Shown here one piece after another: positions 21,101-30,023 of a stretch of DNA of 64,000 bases (positions are counted from its first letter, which is position 1; each line of letters starts with the position of its first letter). The position numbers were made by a program, and so were the translations under genes. The DNA lies in the NCBI GenBank assembly GCA_002345145.1, contig DDVC01000073.1:17809-81808 (forward strand), read 5' to 3'. Origin of the DNA: Bacteroidetes bacterium UBA2322. Its GTDB lineage: Bacteria; Bacteroidota; Bacteroidia; Chitinophagales; UBA2359. The notes below the pieces were generated by a model that saw only the letters and a program-made list of their open reading frames with translations, did not search any database and was not told where the DNA came from.

Positions 21101-21862
21101 CTGAATCTGTTGGGTATTACCTTCGGGCTGAAAAGGCACATTATTATCTTGCAGGGCGGCGGTAATTTCAATATCGCCCGGCAATTTACCATTCATTTGC
21201 AGGTTAAAATTGGCATTTACCGTTGCATCTTGGTTGCTGCCTACGGTAATACCTCTGCCAAAACTGCCGCTGTAATCCAAGCCGTTCATGTTAAAAAAAT
21301 CTAACTCGGTTTGTTGGTTGCGGAGTTGGTATTGGTAGTACCCCGCCGGAAGTTGGGCAATAGGGGTTATGTTAGTGGTATCTTTATTAGTTTTAACACT
21401 AACAGGCTGAAATGGCAGCGCCCGATAGGTAATTGTTACCGAGTCGGCATTGGGTATATTTACCCACTCCAACATGGCTTTGCCGTAGTGTATGGTAAAA
21501 TGGGTGTTATCAATGGTGTTTCCGTCAGTAGTAGCCATTATTACCACCGATCCCGGCGCTATGGCAAGGCTGTCTATTTGCACGGGTTTGGCAGTAGAAG
21601 GCAGCGTTTTTGTGCGCAGGTTGCTGAGGTTGCCTGTTAAATGAACGGTTTGACCCGCCAGTATAGTCCAGCCAAGCCACAAACTAACAACAATAAAGCA
21701 TTTCCAAACTCGTAGTTTGAAAAGCCTCCTAAAAGCATCAATTAAAAAAACCGAAAATACCAAACAGCAGTAAAATAATGAGCCAAACAAGTAAAAGAAC
21801 CCTGCATAGATGCTTTTATTGCGCCAAAGGTTGTACCCCAAAAGTAAAACCCCGTTCTGCAA
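18182..21862 (-). CDS. Large hypothetical outer-membrane (beta-barrel-like) protein
   Basis: 1226-aa open frame rich in amphipathic strands with terminal Phe. The true start is probably downstream of 21862, which lies inside a terminator hairpin. Confidence 0.65.
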   Translation of the reverse strand: MQNGVLLLGYNLWRNKSIYAGFFYLFGSLFYCCLVFSVFLIDAFRRLFKLRVWKCFIVVSLWLGWTILAGQTVHLTGNLSNLRTKTLPSTAKPVQIDSLAIAPGSVVIMATTDGNTIDNTHFTIHYGKAMLEWVNIPNADSVTITYRALPFQPVSVKTNKDTTNITPIAQLPAGYYQYQLRNQQTELDFFNMNGLDYSGSFGRGITVGSNQDATVNANFNLQMNGKLPGDIEITAALQDNNVPFQPEGNTQQIQEFDRIYIQLRKNRHSLLLGDYDLRTPLNSYFMQYVRRLQGINMGSGFKTSGKNGVELTGSAAGAMARGSYHRLSFDGLEGNQGPYRLTGANGEVFIIVLSGSERVFIDGKLLERGATLDYIIDYNTAEITFTPRQIINKDKRITIEFQYTNQTYLRSLVQANAVAKQEKITYRVNYFSEQDAKSQLLTDVTLPDNYLSVLQNIGNNIEQAVLPGWQNTGFNPDRVMYQLIDTVVNGMVYDSVFVYSVNPAKALYAVTFSFVGEGNGNYRLADGNINGRAYTWITPDSLTGAPRGSFEPLLKMITPKRNNMMSMGADFTPTARQKWSAEFAVSNFDPNSVSDIDNQQNKGFAARLGYQNLFTLSKQRKITLLTTAHYEFLQQQFKILEPYREIEFTRNWSLPATLTQTNEHLAYAGANLKIGTNTDVQYRVNLLVRQKGVYSGFMHTAAARYQNKKGWAARVNLSFLTSAMDNAQSGSRFLRPNGEVSRTIGKKQWQMGARAEQEQNRFTQADAILPARSFYYNQTEVFVKTPDTSANRFALNLIKRWDYAPMSQTNDFALANTGNTLNLNGALTKNPRHQFSYNFTYRNLQVIDSTVLKAVELNSVLGEVNFTETVGKGWLRTTTQYQIGSGQRQQTEFYYEKVSNGMGNFVWLDNNNNGLEELDEFFPANENNLVEARYIRIVLPTGKYQPTNIVQFNQALFITPKAVWFNQKGIKKIISLFSTQSSLSIRRETTLRTWQAYLPLGDTPDFAQLVAESANIQNALFINRNSPNWEVSVQQLYLSVTNFLVNGADRRLKTEWKPGFRVAPSTKTMLRMASSIGKLGGISQAFATQNYRIRYWSIDPAADLVLNKRIRFTGSYTYKFSADYLTESLFPARQQKLTAETQLGNAIKSNITARLSYAHISYKGAPNTAAAYNLLDGLLPGSNYLWSINLSTRLANNMQLNFGYDGRKAGNSPMNHTGRASVQALF

Positions 21863-21883
21863 GGTAGTAAAGAACGGGGTTTT
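21846..21883 (-). terminator. Intrinsic terminator after the DUF2147 gene
   Basis: 13-bp perfect stem AAAACCCCGTTCT/AGAACGGGGTTTT. Confidence 0.7.
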
Positions 21884-21910
21884 GAAGAATATATTAGGTA
21901 CAAATGATTT

Positions 21911-22375
21911 TTAATTAGCCGGATGACCTTTGTCTGGTCGAGTCCATACGGTAGTGCGCCCCAGCATAGAAAACCCGATGTAACCCCTTATAGAAAGTGA
22001 GCCATCGGCATTGAGCCACATTTTACAACTATACGTTTTACCCGATTTGGGGTCATAAATGGTGCCGTTTTGCCATTGTTTGCTACCGCTGTCGTAGGAA
22101 AACTTTTGTAAAATTTCTTTACCCAGCAGTTTGTCATTTTTTCGGGCAGCATCGGGATTTTTTTCGTCTAAGGTATTGGGTCCTTTTTTGAGCCAAACTA
22201 ATTTACCGTAGTAATTGTTGCCTTTTTTAAATACCTCTACTGCGCCGTCTTTTTCTTCATTTAGCCATTTACCCAGCACCACATCGGCGGTGTTAGGGGT
22301 AAAAGCATAATTTACGGCTGCCAGCAATAACACGGCTATAAACAAAAACGAGAAAAGGGGAAATGTTTTTTTCAT
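21911..22375 (-). CDS. DUF2147 domain protein
   Basis: Signal peptide; GKWLNEE, YYGKLVW, DEKNPD, WQNGTIYDPKSGKTY, LSIRGYIG. Confidence 0.88.
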   Translation of the reverse strand: MKKTFPLFSFLFIAVLLLAAVNYAFTPNTADVVLGKWLNEEKDGAVEVFKKGNNYYGKLVWLKKGPNTLDEKNPDAARKNDKLLGKEILQKFSYDSGSKQWQNGTIYDPKSGKTYSCKMWLNADGSLSIRGYIGFSMLGRTTVWTRPDKGHPAN

Positions 22376-22482
22376 GCAGTAACAAGTTTATCGTTAGGTT
22401 AAATAATTTGAGGCAACAGCATTAACACCCACAAAACGATTTTGTTTGCTTTTTATTTTATTTTACCCGCACAACCCCTTTG

Positions 22483-23184
22483 TTAGTGGCACTTTACTTT
22501 TTCGGTAGGATTTTTACCCATTTTGGGGCTAAGGTAGGGTATGCCCAAGTTTAAACCGCGCAAAATAAACAAAGCGGCAAAAAATATCATAATAACCGGC
22601 AAGGCAGATTGAATTTTACGGCGCACTGGCAAGCTCATTAAATTGCCGGCAAGCGATACCGACAGCATTACGGGTATAGTACCCAAACCAAACAAAGCCA
22701 TAAACAAAGCTCCTTGCAGTATGCCCGATGTAGTGAGCGCACCGGCAAGTCCTATGTAAACAAATCCACAGGGTAAAAAACCATTTAATACGCCTATACC
22801 CAGCATAGTTGCCATGCCATTTTGCCTGAGCAGCCTTGCCAATTGGGTGTTTACCCAGCCACTAAAACGCCGTATAAAACCTACTTTTTGTACCCATTTG
22901 TCAATGTTTATAGTAAACACCGCCATTAGTAGCAGCATAATGCCCAATGCAATAGACAACCCCTGCTGATAACCCGATAAGGCTATGCCCTTGCCCACTA
23001 TGCCCAACAATGCGCCCAAAAAACTGTAAGTAAGCGCACGCCCAAAGTTGTACAGCAGCACATTGGCTATGGTGGTAAATTTTGATTCGGTGCGAAAAGG
23101 CAATGCCAGCGCAATAGGTCCACACATGCCTATGCAGTGGAAACTACCCAAAAGCCCGATGGTAAAAGCCGTCCAAAGAAACAT
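22483..23184 (-). CDS. cbb3 oxidase biogenesis membrane protein (DsbD_2/TauE-like)
   Basis: GSFHCIGMCGP and NGFLPCGFVY motifs; last gene of the cco operon. Confidence 0.85.
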   Translation of the reverse strand: MFLWTAFTIGLLGSFHCIGMCGPIALALPFRTESKFTTIANVLLYNFGRALTYSFLGALLGIVGKGIALSGYQQGLSIALGIMLLLMAVFTINIDKWVQKVGFIRRFSGWVNTQLARLLRQNGMATMLGIGVLNGFLPCGFVYIGLAGALTTSGILQGALFMALFGLGTIPVMLSVSLAGNLMSLPVRRKIQSALPVIMIFFAALFILRGLNLGIPYLSPKMGKNPTEKVKCH

Positions 23185-23301
23185 GTATAATTATTATTTA
23201 TTAATTATTTATTTTCAAATTACGAGTTACGAATACCATATACCGATTACCAGCTACTAAATACTGACTACCATATACTATCTACCAAAACTACCCACCA
23301 C

Positions 23302-23754
23302 CTATTCCACAAAAACGGTATGTTCGGTATAAAAAGGCGTTTTACCTATGTTCCAGTCAATTTTTACGCGCCATAAACCGGCTTTCATTTTATCGGTTGA
23401 AATGGTTTGGGTATTGGCGATATCGGGTTCAATAGATGCCGAAAAATCGAGGCTCTGTTCCGAAGGGCGGTAAAAATTAAGCGTTCCCCTTACCGGTTCA
23501 GTTCCCGATGTTGAAACAGGGTAGTGAAAAGTAAGTTGATTTTGTGGGGCATTATACTGCATAATAATATCTTGCCCCAATTGTTTTACGTTGCGCTGTT
23601 TTTGTATTTCTTGCTCGTAGAGCAAGTCTTTTTGGTAATAATCTTCGGCAATGAGACCTATATCTTCTCTTACCGAAAGGTAAACCATAAAAAGCATAAA
23701 AACAACAAAAGAGCAGTATAAAATGGCAATACGCCAGCCCCAGGATATATTCAT
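23302..23754 (-). CDS. ccoH: FixH/CcoH family protein
   Basis: ISWGWRI TM segment, EDYYQKDL, FYRPS; cco operon position. Confidence 0.85.
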   Translation of the reverse strand: MNISWGWRIAILYCSFVVFMLFMVYLSVREDIGLIAEDYYQKDLLYEQEIQKQRNVKQLGQDIIMQYNAPQNQLTFHYPVSTSGTEPVRGTLNFYRPSEQSLDFSASIEPDIANTQTISTDKMKAGLWRVKIDWNIGKTPFYTEHTVFVE

Positions 23755-23833
23755 GTGATTAAAACGTAAGAGTTAAAAAAAAGAGAAAGCATCGGCAGCA
23801 GTTGGCAAAACTCACTGCCAATGCCTGTAGGGG

Positions 23834-25378
23834 TTATTTTATAACAAATGGCCCGATGAAATTGGTTTTAATGCGGTCAACTTTTTTGTTGTTGGCATAT
23901 ACTTCTACCACTACCGGGGTGTTTCGTTTGCTAAGGTTAGCTTTTGGCAGGTCTATAAACAACACGTGGTCATTTGTACTTTGTTTGGGCAGGTTAAATA
24001 CAGCGGCAGCGGTAGCGCCGGCATTAGCATCAGAGGCGCTGCCTTGGTTAATACCCACAGCACGTAATTTAGCGCCATCGGGTTCTACTATTTTTACCTC
24101 TACCGGCAGCTCATTAACCGTTTTATTTACCAATTGCAGGTTATACATGTTGCTTATGGTAGTTTCGTTTACCTCCTGAAACAAGGAGCCGGCAGTACGA
24201 AGCAGGGTAGCCTCTACATCGCCGCGGCTAAGCAGCAAATAACCCACCAAAACCACCATTAAGGTAAGCACACCACTGTAAGCAGCAATACGCGGCGTTA
24301 CATGAAATTTCACCTTGTTTACAATGCCATTGTAAGAGGCATACCGTATAAGTCCTGTTGGGCGGTTTACCTTTTCCATAATAGAGTCGCAGGCATCAAT
24401 GCAGGCAGTACAATTGATACACTCCAATTGTGTGCCATTTCTGATATCTATACCGGTGGGGCAAACGCGCACACATAAACCGCAGTCAATACAATCGCCC
24501 AATTGCGGCTCTGCAATGGCTACGTTGCCATCATTAGCTATAGCAATGGCAGTTTCGGCAGGGGCAGTTGTTTTTTGGGGAGCCGTTTGTTTTTTGATTT
24601 TACCTCTGGGTTCGCCTCGTACAAAATCATAAGCCACTACTATGGAGTCTTTATCTAAGAGTACGCCTTGCAGCCTACCATAAGGACAAACTACCAAACA
24701 AACCTGCTCGCGGAGGTAGGTAAATACAAAGAAAAACACACCCGAAAAGATGAGCATACCCATAAAACCGGCAAGATGTTCAGAAGGTGGGGAGGTGATA
24801 ATGTCCGTCAGTTTGTCTATCCCGATGATATAGGCTAAAAAAGTGTTGCCTATTAAAAAGGAAATGGCATAAAAAATAGATAGTTTAGCCGCTTTTTTTC
24901 TGATTTTTTCACCGTTCCAAGGCAAGGCGTTCAGTTTTTTCTGCTCATTGGCATCACCTTCAATCCAGTACTCAATTTTGCGGAAAATCATTTCCATAAA
25001 AATGGTTTGGGGGCAAGCCCAGCCACAAAACAAACGCCCAAATGCTACGGTAAACAGCACAATAAAAAGCATGAGCGTGAGCATTGTTAGCCCAAACAGG
25101 TGGAAATCTTGCGGAAAAAACGTAAGCCCGAAGATGATAAATTTGCGCTCTAATATGTTAAAGAGCAAAAGTGGTTCGCCGTTTACCTTAATAAATGGCA
25201 ACCCAAACAGCAACCCCAGCAGCAAAAAACTGACATAAGTACGCCATTTGTAGAAAAAGCCGGTTTGTTTTTTAGGGTATATCCAAACTCGCTTACCTTT
25301 TTGGTCAATGGTACTGACCGAGTCTCTGAATGACTCATCTACGTGTTCGTAGAGAGCTTTTTCGTCAATTTCGTTCAT
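23834..25378 (-). CDS. ccoG: Cytochrome c oxidase accessory protein CcoG
   Basis: FCGWACPQT, CPYGRLQ, CIDCGLCVRVCP and CINCTACIDAC ferredoxin motifs. Confidence 0.95.
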   Translation of the reverse strand: MNEIDEKALYEHVDESFRDSVSTIDQKGKRVWIYPKKQTGFFYKWRTYVSFLLLGLLFGLPFIKVNGEPLLLFNILERKFIIFGLTFFPQDFHLFGLTMLTLMLFIVLFTVAFGRLFCGWACPQTIFMEMIFRKIEYWIEGDANEQKKLNALPWNGEKIRKKAAKLSIFYAISFLIGNTFLAYIIGIDKLTDIITSPPSEHLAGFMGMLIFSGVFFFVFTYLREQVCLVVCPYGRLQGVLLDKDSIVVAYDFVRGEPRGKIKKQTAPQKTTAPAETAIAIANDGNVAIAEPQLGDCIDCGLCVRVCPTGIDIRNGTQLECINCTACIDACDSIMEKVNRPTGLIRYASYNGIVNKVKFHVTPRIAAYSGVLTLMVVLVGYLLLSRGDVEATLLRTAGSLFQEVNETTISNMYNLQLVNKTVNELPVEVKIVEPDGAKLRAVGINQGSASDANAGATAAAVFNLPKQSTNDHVLFIDLPKANLSKRNTPVVVEVYANNKKVDRIKTNFIGPFVIK

Positions 25379-25582
25379 AATGAACTCAATTTTGTTGGAA
25401 TAAAGTAATGTTTTGGGGTGGTAAGTCGGTTAGTTTTGTTGTTGTATAAAAAAGGTAGCCATTTTTCAGGCTACCTAAGTATAAGGGGGAAAATAATCCC
25501 ACACTCACTACCTGAACTATTTTTGGAATAAAATATAAAAAGCAATGTTAAATAACCCTTAAAGTACCGTAGTCTGTCTTTT

Positions 25583-26578
25583 TTAGTTGCCCTTAGGCTG
25601 TTGTGTGGCAGAGGTATCGGCAGGAGCGGTTTTTGTGGTATCGGTAGCGGCAGGCGCATTACCGGCAGCAGCATTGGCAGGCTGATACAATTGCCCTTCT
25701 TGCTGTTTGGCATTGGGCGGATTGGTGCCTCGTAAGGTTTCTAAATAACTGGCTACTTCCTGCATTTTTTGGGGTTTGAGCATGGTTTTCCATGCAATCA
25801 TACCTTTTGCTACTACCCCATTAGCAATGGTGTTGTAAATACTGGCAAAATCTCCGCCATGAATCCAATAACTATCGGTAAGGTTAGGACCTACGCCGCC
25901 TTCGCCGGCAGCGCCATGGCAACTGGCACAGTTGGCAGCATAAATGCTTTTACCACTTGCAATACTCCCCCCATCGGTAAGAGGCGCTAACTTAGAAAGG
26001 TCAAAACCTTGTCCTTTTGCTTCTAAGGCTTTTTGATGGGCAATTTGGGCTATGCGGGCTTCTTCTACTTCGTTGTTATATTCGGCAGCCTGCGAAGGAC
26101 CAGTTCCTAATACGTGGTAGTGTAGCAGGTAAACCACGCTAAAGAAAATGGTAACATAAAACATATATACCCACCAAGGCGGCAAACTGTTATCCAATTC
26201 TTTAATGCCGTCATAGTCATGGTCAAGTAGTACATCTTTTTCGCGCTCAACCGGTACGGCATCGGTAAGAGCGTGCATCATGTTTTGCCACCACGTTTTT
26301 TGGTTGGCAGCCATTTTTTCCTCTACTGCGCCAATGTCTATGCCTTTTTCGGCAAAGTACATTTTGTGCAACTCCCCGCTGAGCAGTTTAATAATGCGGT
26401 AAAGGGTAAACATGACCAGCAAAATAGCCGCACCAGCCACTAAAAGAATAACCAAAGCTATCTTTTCGGCGCTCAACATAGCGGGCGCTGCCGTTGCTGC
26501 TGTATCTTGAGCCCAAGCAGGCATGCCTGCCCCTATAACTGCAAACAGTAAAAACAGAATATGATTGATGTGTTTCAT
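25583..26578 (-). CDS. ccoP: cbb3-type cytochrome c oxidase subunit III
   Basis: HDYDGIKELDNSLPPWW, CASCH heme motif, GPNLTD. Confidence 0.93.
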   Translation of the reverse strand: MKHINHILFLLFAVIGAGMPAWAQDTAATAAPAMLSAEKIALVILLVAGAAILLVMFTLYRIIKLLSGELHKMYFAEKGIDIGAVEEKMAANQKTWWQNMMHALTDAVPVEREKDVLLDHDYDGIKELDNSLPPWWVYMFYVTIFFSVVYLLHYHVLGTGPSQAAEYNNEVEEARIAQIAHQKALEAKGQGFDLSKLAPLTDGGSIASGKSIYAANCASCHGAAGEGGVGPNLTDSYWIHGGDFASIYNTIANGVVAKGMIAWKTMLKPQKMQEVASYLETLRGTNPPNAKQQEGQLYQPANAAAGNAPAATDTTKTAPADTSATQQPKGN

Positions 26579-26620
26579 TGTGTTAATGGTTGGTTAAATT
26601 GTAAAGTTCCTTAATTGCTT

Positions 26621-26842
26621 TTAGGCGTTTTTTCGGTTTGCTTGTTTTCTGAGCTCGCCACTCAGCGTGGTAACTGCTTTTAATACAATGTAAACGGCTG
26701 CAATAACTACAATACCTGTAACAATGGTGAGTAGCAATAACATGTTTTCTTGGGTTGCAGCTCCTTGTGCAGCATCTTGTGCCAACAAAGGCAGCGTAAG
26801 AAAAAGCGCTAATATGCCGGTTAAAATTTTATGGTGGTTCAT
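26621..26842 (-). CDS. Small membrane protein resembling the CcoP N-terminus
   Basis: Signal peptide-AQD, one TM helix and LSGELRK, paralleling CcoP AQD...TM...LSGELHK. Confidence 0.6.
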   Translation of the reverse strand: MNHHKILTGILALFLTLPLLAQDAAQGAATQENMLLLLTIVTGIVVIAAVYIVLKAVTTLSGELRKQANRKNA

Positions 26843-26882
26843 GATTGTTAGTACTTAAAAAGGTGAGAGAAACGAAAAATAT

Positions 26883-27077
26883 CTATGACTGTTCGGGAGA
26901 GTCGGAAACAGCAGGTACACCGTCGTTTAAAGGTAAATCAGACATGTGCTGAATGTAACTGTCGTTTCTTTTTTTAATCCAAATAGCCATCAGTACAAAG
27001 AAAGTAATAAATACAATCAAGGCAAAAACAGCTAACGGAGCTACACTTTCAAGTGATTGAAGTATTTGCTTGTACAT
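26883..27077 (-). CDS. ccoQ: cbb3 oxidase subunit CcoQ-like
   Basis: MYKQIL start, a single TM helix, YIQHMSDLPL; lies between ccoO and ccoP. Confidence 0.85.
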   Translation of the reverse strand: MYKQILQSLESVAPLAVFALIVFITFFVLMAIWIKKRNDSYIQHMSDLPLNDGVPAVSDSPEQS

Positions 27078-27240
27078 AAACGTTTGTTTTAAAGTTGGGC
27101 AGGGTGCAATGATGAAAACAGATAAGTAACGGGTTTTTCCTTTTCTCTTTTGTAAAGAGTTTGAAGAAACAAACCCGTTACTGTTATACACACATCACAC
27201 TCCACATTATTGTACTATGGTTGTTAAACGTTTAGTTAAA

Positions 27241-29424
27241 TTAAGGTTGGGGAGAACCTGCATTACCGGTGTTGCCGCCGGCATTATTCTGCCCTGTTTG
27301 GGTTTCGTCTTTTACCTTAATATCAGTACCCATGCGTTGCAAGTAAGCTATTAAAGCTATGATTTCTTTATTGCTGGGCGTTTCAATTTTGTTAGCCTTT
27401 AGGTCGGCAGCTATTTGGTCGGCTTGTTTTTGCAAATCGGTAACAGCTATTTGGTCATAACCTTCGCTGTAAGGAACGCCCAAGAGTTGCATAACTCGTA
27501 TTTTTTTAGGAGTGAGCGATACATCAAGGTCGTTATCAAGCAGCCACGGATACGCAGGCATGAGTGAACCGGGCGACATGCTTTGGGGCTCATACATGTG
27601 GTTGTAATGCCAAGCATTGGGATACTTGCCGCCTATGCGATGCAAATCGGGACCGGTACGCTTAGAACCCCACTGGAACGGGTGGTCATATACAAACTCG
27701 CCCGATTTAGAGTACTCGCCATATCTTTCGGTTTCGGAACGGAACGGACGAATCATTTGCGAGTGGCAGGTATAACAACCCTCGCGCACATAAATATCGC
27801 GTCCTTCTAATTCAAGCGGCGTATAGGGTTTTACCGATGCAATGGTAGGAATGTTTGATTTAATCATAAACATAGGCACCATTTCAATAATGCCGCCAAT
27901 GGCTACCATAATTAAGCTAAGCACCAGCATTTGTATAGGGCGACGTTCAATCCAGCGGTGCCAGTGTCCTGTAGGTACTACTTCGTTTTTATCTAAGGCG
28001 GGCGCTTCGGCAGCTTCATTGGCAATAAAACTGCCGGCAGCTACCGTTTTATACATATTGTAAGCCATAATAAGTACGCCTACAAGGTAAATGCCGCCGC
28101 CAAATGAACGCATGGCATACATAGGCACAATTTGGATTACGGTTTCAAGAAAGTTGGGGTAAAGCAGCGTACCTTCGGCGGTAAACTGTTTCCACATAAG
28201 GCTTTGGGTAAAACCCGCCCAATACATGGGAACGGCATAAAAAATGATGCCTAAGGTGCCAATCCAAAAGTGAATGTTTGCCAACTTTTGGGAGTAAAGT
28301 TTGGTGTTGAACATTTTTGGGAACAGCCAGTAAAACATACCAAAGGTAAGGAAACCGTTCCAACCCAGTGCGCCTACGTGTACGTGTGCAATAGTCCAGT
28401 CAGTAAAATGGCTGATGGCATTTACATTTTTGAGCGACAGCATCGGGCCTTCAAAGGTGGACATACCATAAGCGGTAATGGCTACCACAAAAAATTTAAG
28501 CACCGGCTCGTTGCGCACCCTATCCCAAGCGCCGCGCAGGGTAAGCAAACCATTTATCATACCCCCCCAAGATGGGGCAATAAGCATTACCGAGAATACG
28601 GTACCCAAAGACTGTGCCCAATCGGGTAAAGAGCTATAGAGCAAGTGGTGCGGTCCAGCCCAAATATATATAAAAATCAATGCCCAAAAGTGAATGATAG
28701 ATAACCGATAGGAGTAAACCGGACGGTTGATGGCTTTGGGCACAAAGTAGTACATTAGCCCCAGATAAGGTGTGGTAAGAAAAAATGCTACGGCATTATG
28801 CCCATACCACCACTGTACCAACGCATCTTGTACGCCGGCGTAAATGGGATAACTTTTTAGGAATGAAACCGGAATGGCAAGGCTGTTTACTATATGTAAC
28901 ATAGCAACCGTAATCCATGTGGCTATAAAAAACCAAATGGCTACATACAAGTGCCTCTCGCGGCGTTTTAATATAGTACCTATCATATTTACCCCAAAAA
29001 TAACCCACACAAGGGCAATGGCAATATCAATAGGCCACTCTAACTCGGCGTATTCTTTACTTACCGTATAACCCAAAGCAAGCGTTACTGCGGCAGCCAC
29101 AATAATTAACTGCCAACCCCAAAAGTGGATTTTAGAGAGTGTATCGCTAAAAATTCGGGTTTTGAGCAGTCGTTGTAAAGAATAATATACGCCGGCAAAA
29201 ATACCGTTACCTACAAATGCAAATATCACCGCATTGGTGTGAATGGGGCGAATGTGACTAAATGTAAGTAAATGCGTATAATTGCTGAAATTCAGCGCCG
29301 GGATAATCATCTGCAAGGTAAGCAGAAACCCGACTGTCATGCCTATTATGCCCCAAAACATGGTGGCATACGCAAAGTTGCGGACATGCACATTGTCGTA
29401 ATGAAATTGTTCAATTTGACCCAT
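27241..29424 (-). CDS. ccoN: Fused cbb3 oxidase subunits I/II (CcoNO)
   Basis: WWYGHNAV, WAGPHHL; CcoO part GCYTCHSQMIRP, WGSKRTGPDL. Confidence 0.97.
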   Translation of the reverse strand: MGQIEQFHYDNVHVRNFAYATMFWGIIGMTVGFLLTLQMIIPALNFSNYTHLLTFSHIRPIHTNAVIFAFVGNGIFAGVYYSLQRLLKTRIFSDTLSKIHFWGWQLIIVAAAVTLALGYTVSKEYAELEWPIDIAIALVWVIFGVNMIGTILKRRERHLYVAIWFFIATWITVAMLHIVNSLAIPVSFLKSYPIYAGVQDALVQWWYGHNAVAFFLTTPYLGLMYYFVPKAINRPVYSYRLSIIHFWALIFIYIWAGPHHLLYSSLPDWAQSLGTVFSVMLIAPSWGGMINGLLTLRGAWDRVRNEPVLKFFVVAITAYGMSTFEGPMLSLKNVNAISHFTDWTIAHVHVGALGWNGFLTFGMFYWLFPKMFNTKLYSQKLANIHFWIGTLGIIFYAVPMYWAGFTQSLMWKQFTAEGTLLYPNFLETVIQIVPMYAMRSFGGGIYLVGVLIMAYNMYKTVAAGSFIANEAAEAPALDKNEVVPTGHWHRWIERRPIQMLVLSLIMVAIGGIIEMVPMFMIKSNIPTIASVKPYTPLELEGRDIYVREGCYTCHSQMIRPFRSETERYGEYSKSGEFVYDHPFQWGSKRTGPDLHRIGGKYPNAWHYNHMYEPQSMSPGSLMPAYPWLLDNDLDVSLTPKKIRVMQLLGVPYSEGYDQIAVTDLQKQADQIAADLKANKIETPSNKEIIALIAYLQRMGTDIKVKDETQTGQNNAGGNTGNAGSPQP

Positions 29425-29472
29425 AATTCAACTCGTTGGTTGTGAGTTACTAAATATGTAATGGTGCGTAAG

Positions 29473-29646
29473 TTATGGTTTGGTTTTTTCGTTTTTCTCT
29501 TTTTTAGTTCCGTCATCAAAAAGCATGCGCACCGAAGGGGTGTAATCGTCATCGTACTGCCCATTGCGCACTGCCCAAATAAAAGCGCCCAAAAAACAAG
29601 CCGCCACTACAATACTGGCAATGATTAAGAAAAAAATGGCGCTCAT
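29473..29646 (-). CDS. ccoS: cbb3 oxidase maturation protein CcoS (57 aa, below the ORF-track cutoff)
   Basis: Hand translation MSAIFFLIIASIVVAACFLGAFIWAVRNGQYDDDYTPSVRMLFDD...; GQYDD motif. Confidence 0.93.
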   Translation of the reverse strand: MSAIFFLIIASIVVAACFLGAFIWAVRNGQYDDDYTPSVRMLFDDGTKKEKNEKTKP

Positions 29647-29675
29647 GTGTTTGCTTTTAAATTAAAATAACGGTG

Positions 29676-29718
29676 CAAAGTTATTGGGGTTGGTTTGATT
29701 GGTAAATGACTTTTGTCA
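29676..29718 (-). promoter_or_regulatory. cco operon promoter with Crp/Fnr-like palindrome
   Basis: TAACTTTG (-7) at 29676-29683, TTTA at 29703-29706, TGAC-N4-GTCA at 29707-29718. Confidence 0.55.
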
Positions 29719-29954
29719 CTTTGGCTGTTTATTTTCTCAAAAAAGTGAAAAAATGTTAAAAAAGGGGGCTGTTGTTTACCAAGCCAATGAAAAAACATAA
29801 AATTTACATGCTTTATCTGACTTCCCTATATGCAGGTATTTTGTTAAACGTTAATCGTAAGGTATGTAGGCGCTAAACACTGTTGTTTTTTTGGGTAATT
29901 TGGAAGCGCTAAAGCAGTTGCTTATGGTTCGTATTGGGGTATAGCTCAGAGCTA

Positions 29955-29993
29955 AAAAAGCGCAACTCTCCTTTGCAGAAAGTTGCGCTTTTT
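29955..29993 (-). terminator. Intrinsic terminator after acyl-CoA dehydrogenase
   Basis: AAAAAGCGCAACT/AGTTGCGCTTTTT stem with A/T tracts on both sides. Confidence 0.75.
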
Positions 29994-30023
29994 ATGATTC
30001 AGGCTTTAACAGCCATGGTGTTC

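Noticed and set aside
29936-29949. GGGGTATAGCTCAG resembles a tRNA 5' end
   Set aside because: No D/anticodon/T arms or acceptor complement follow; it runs straight into a terminator hairpin.
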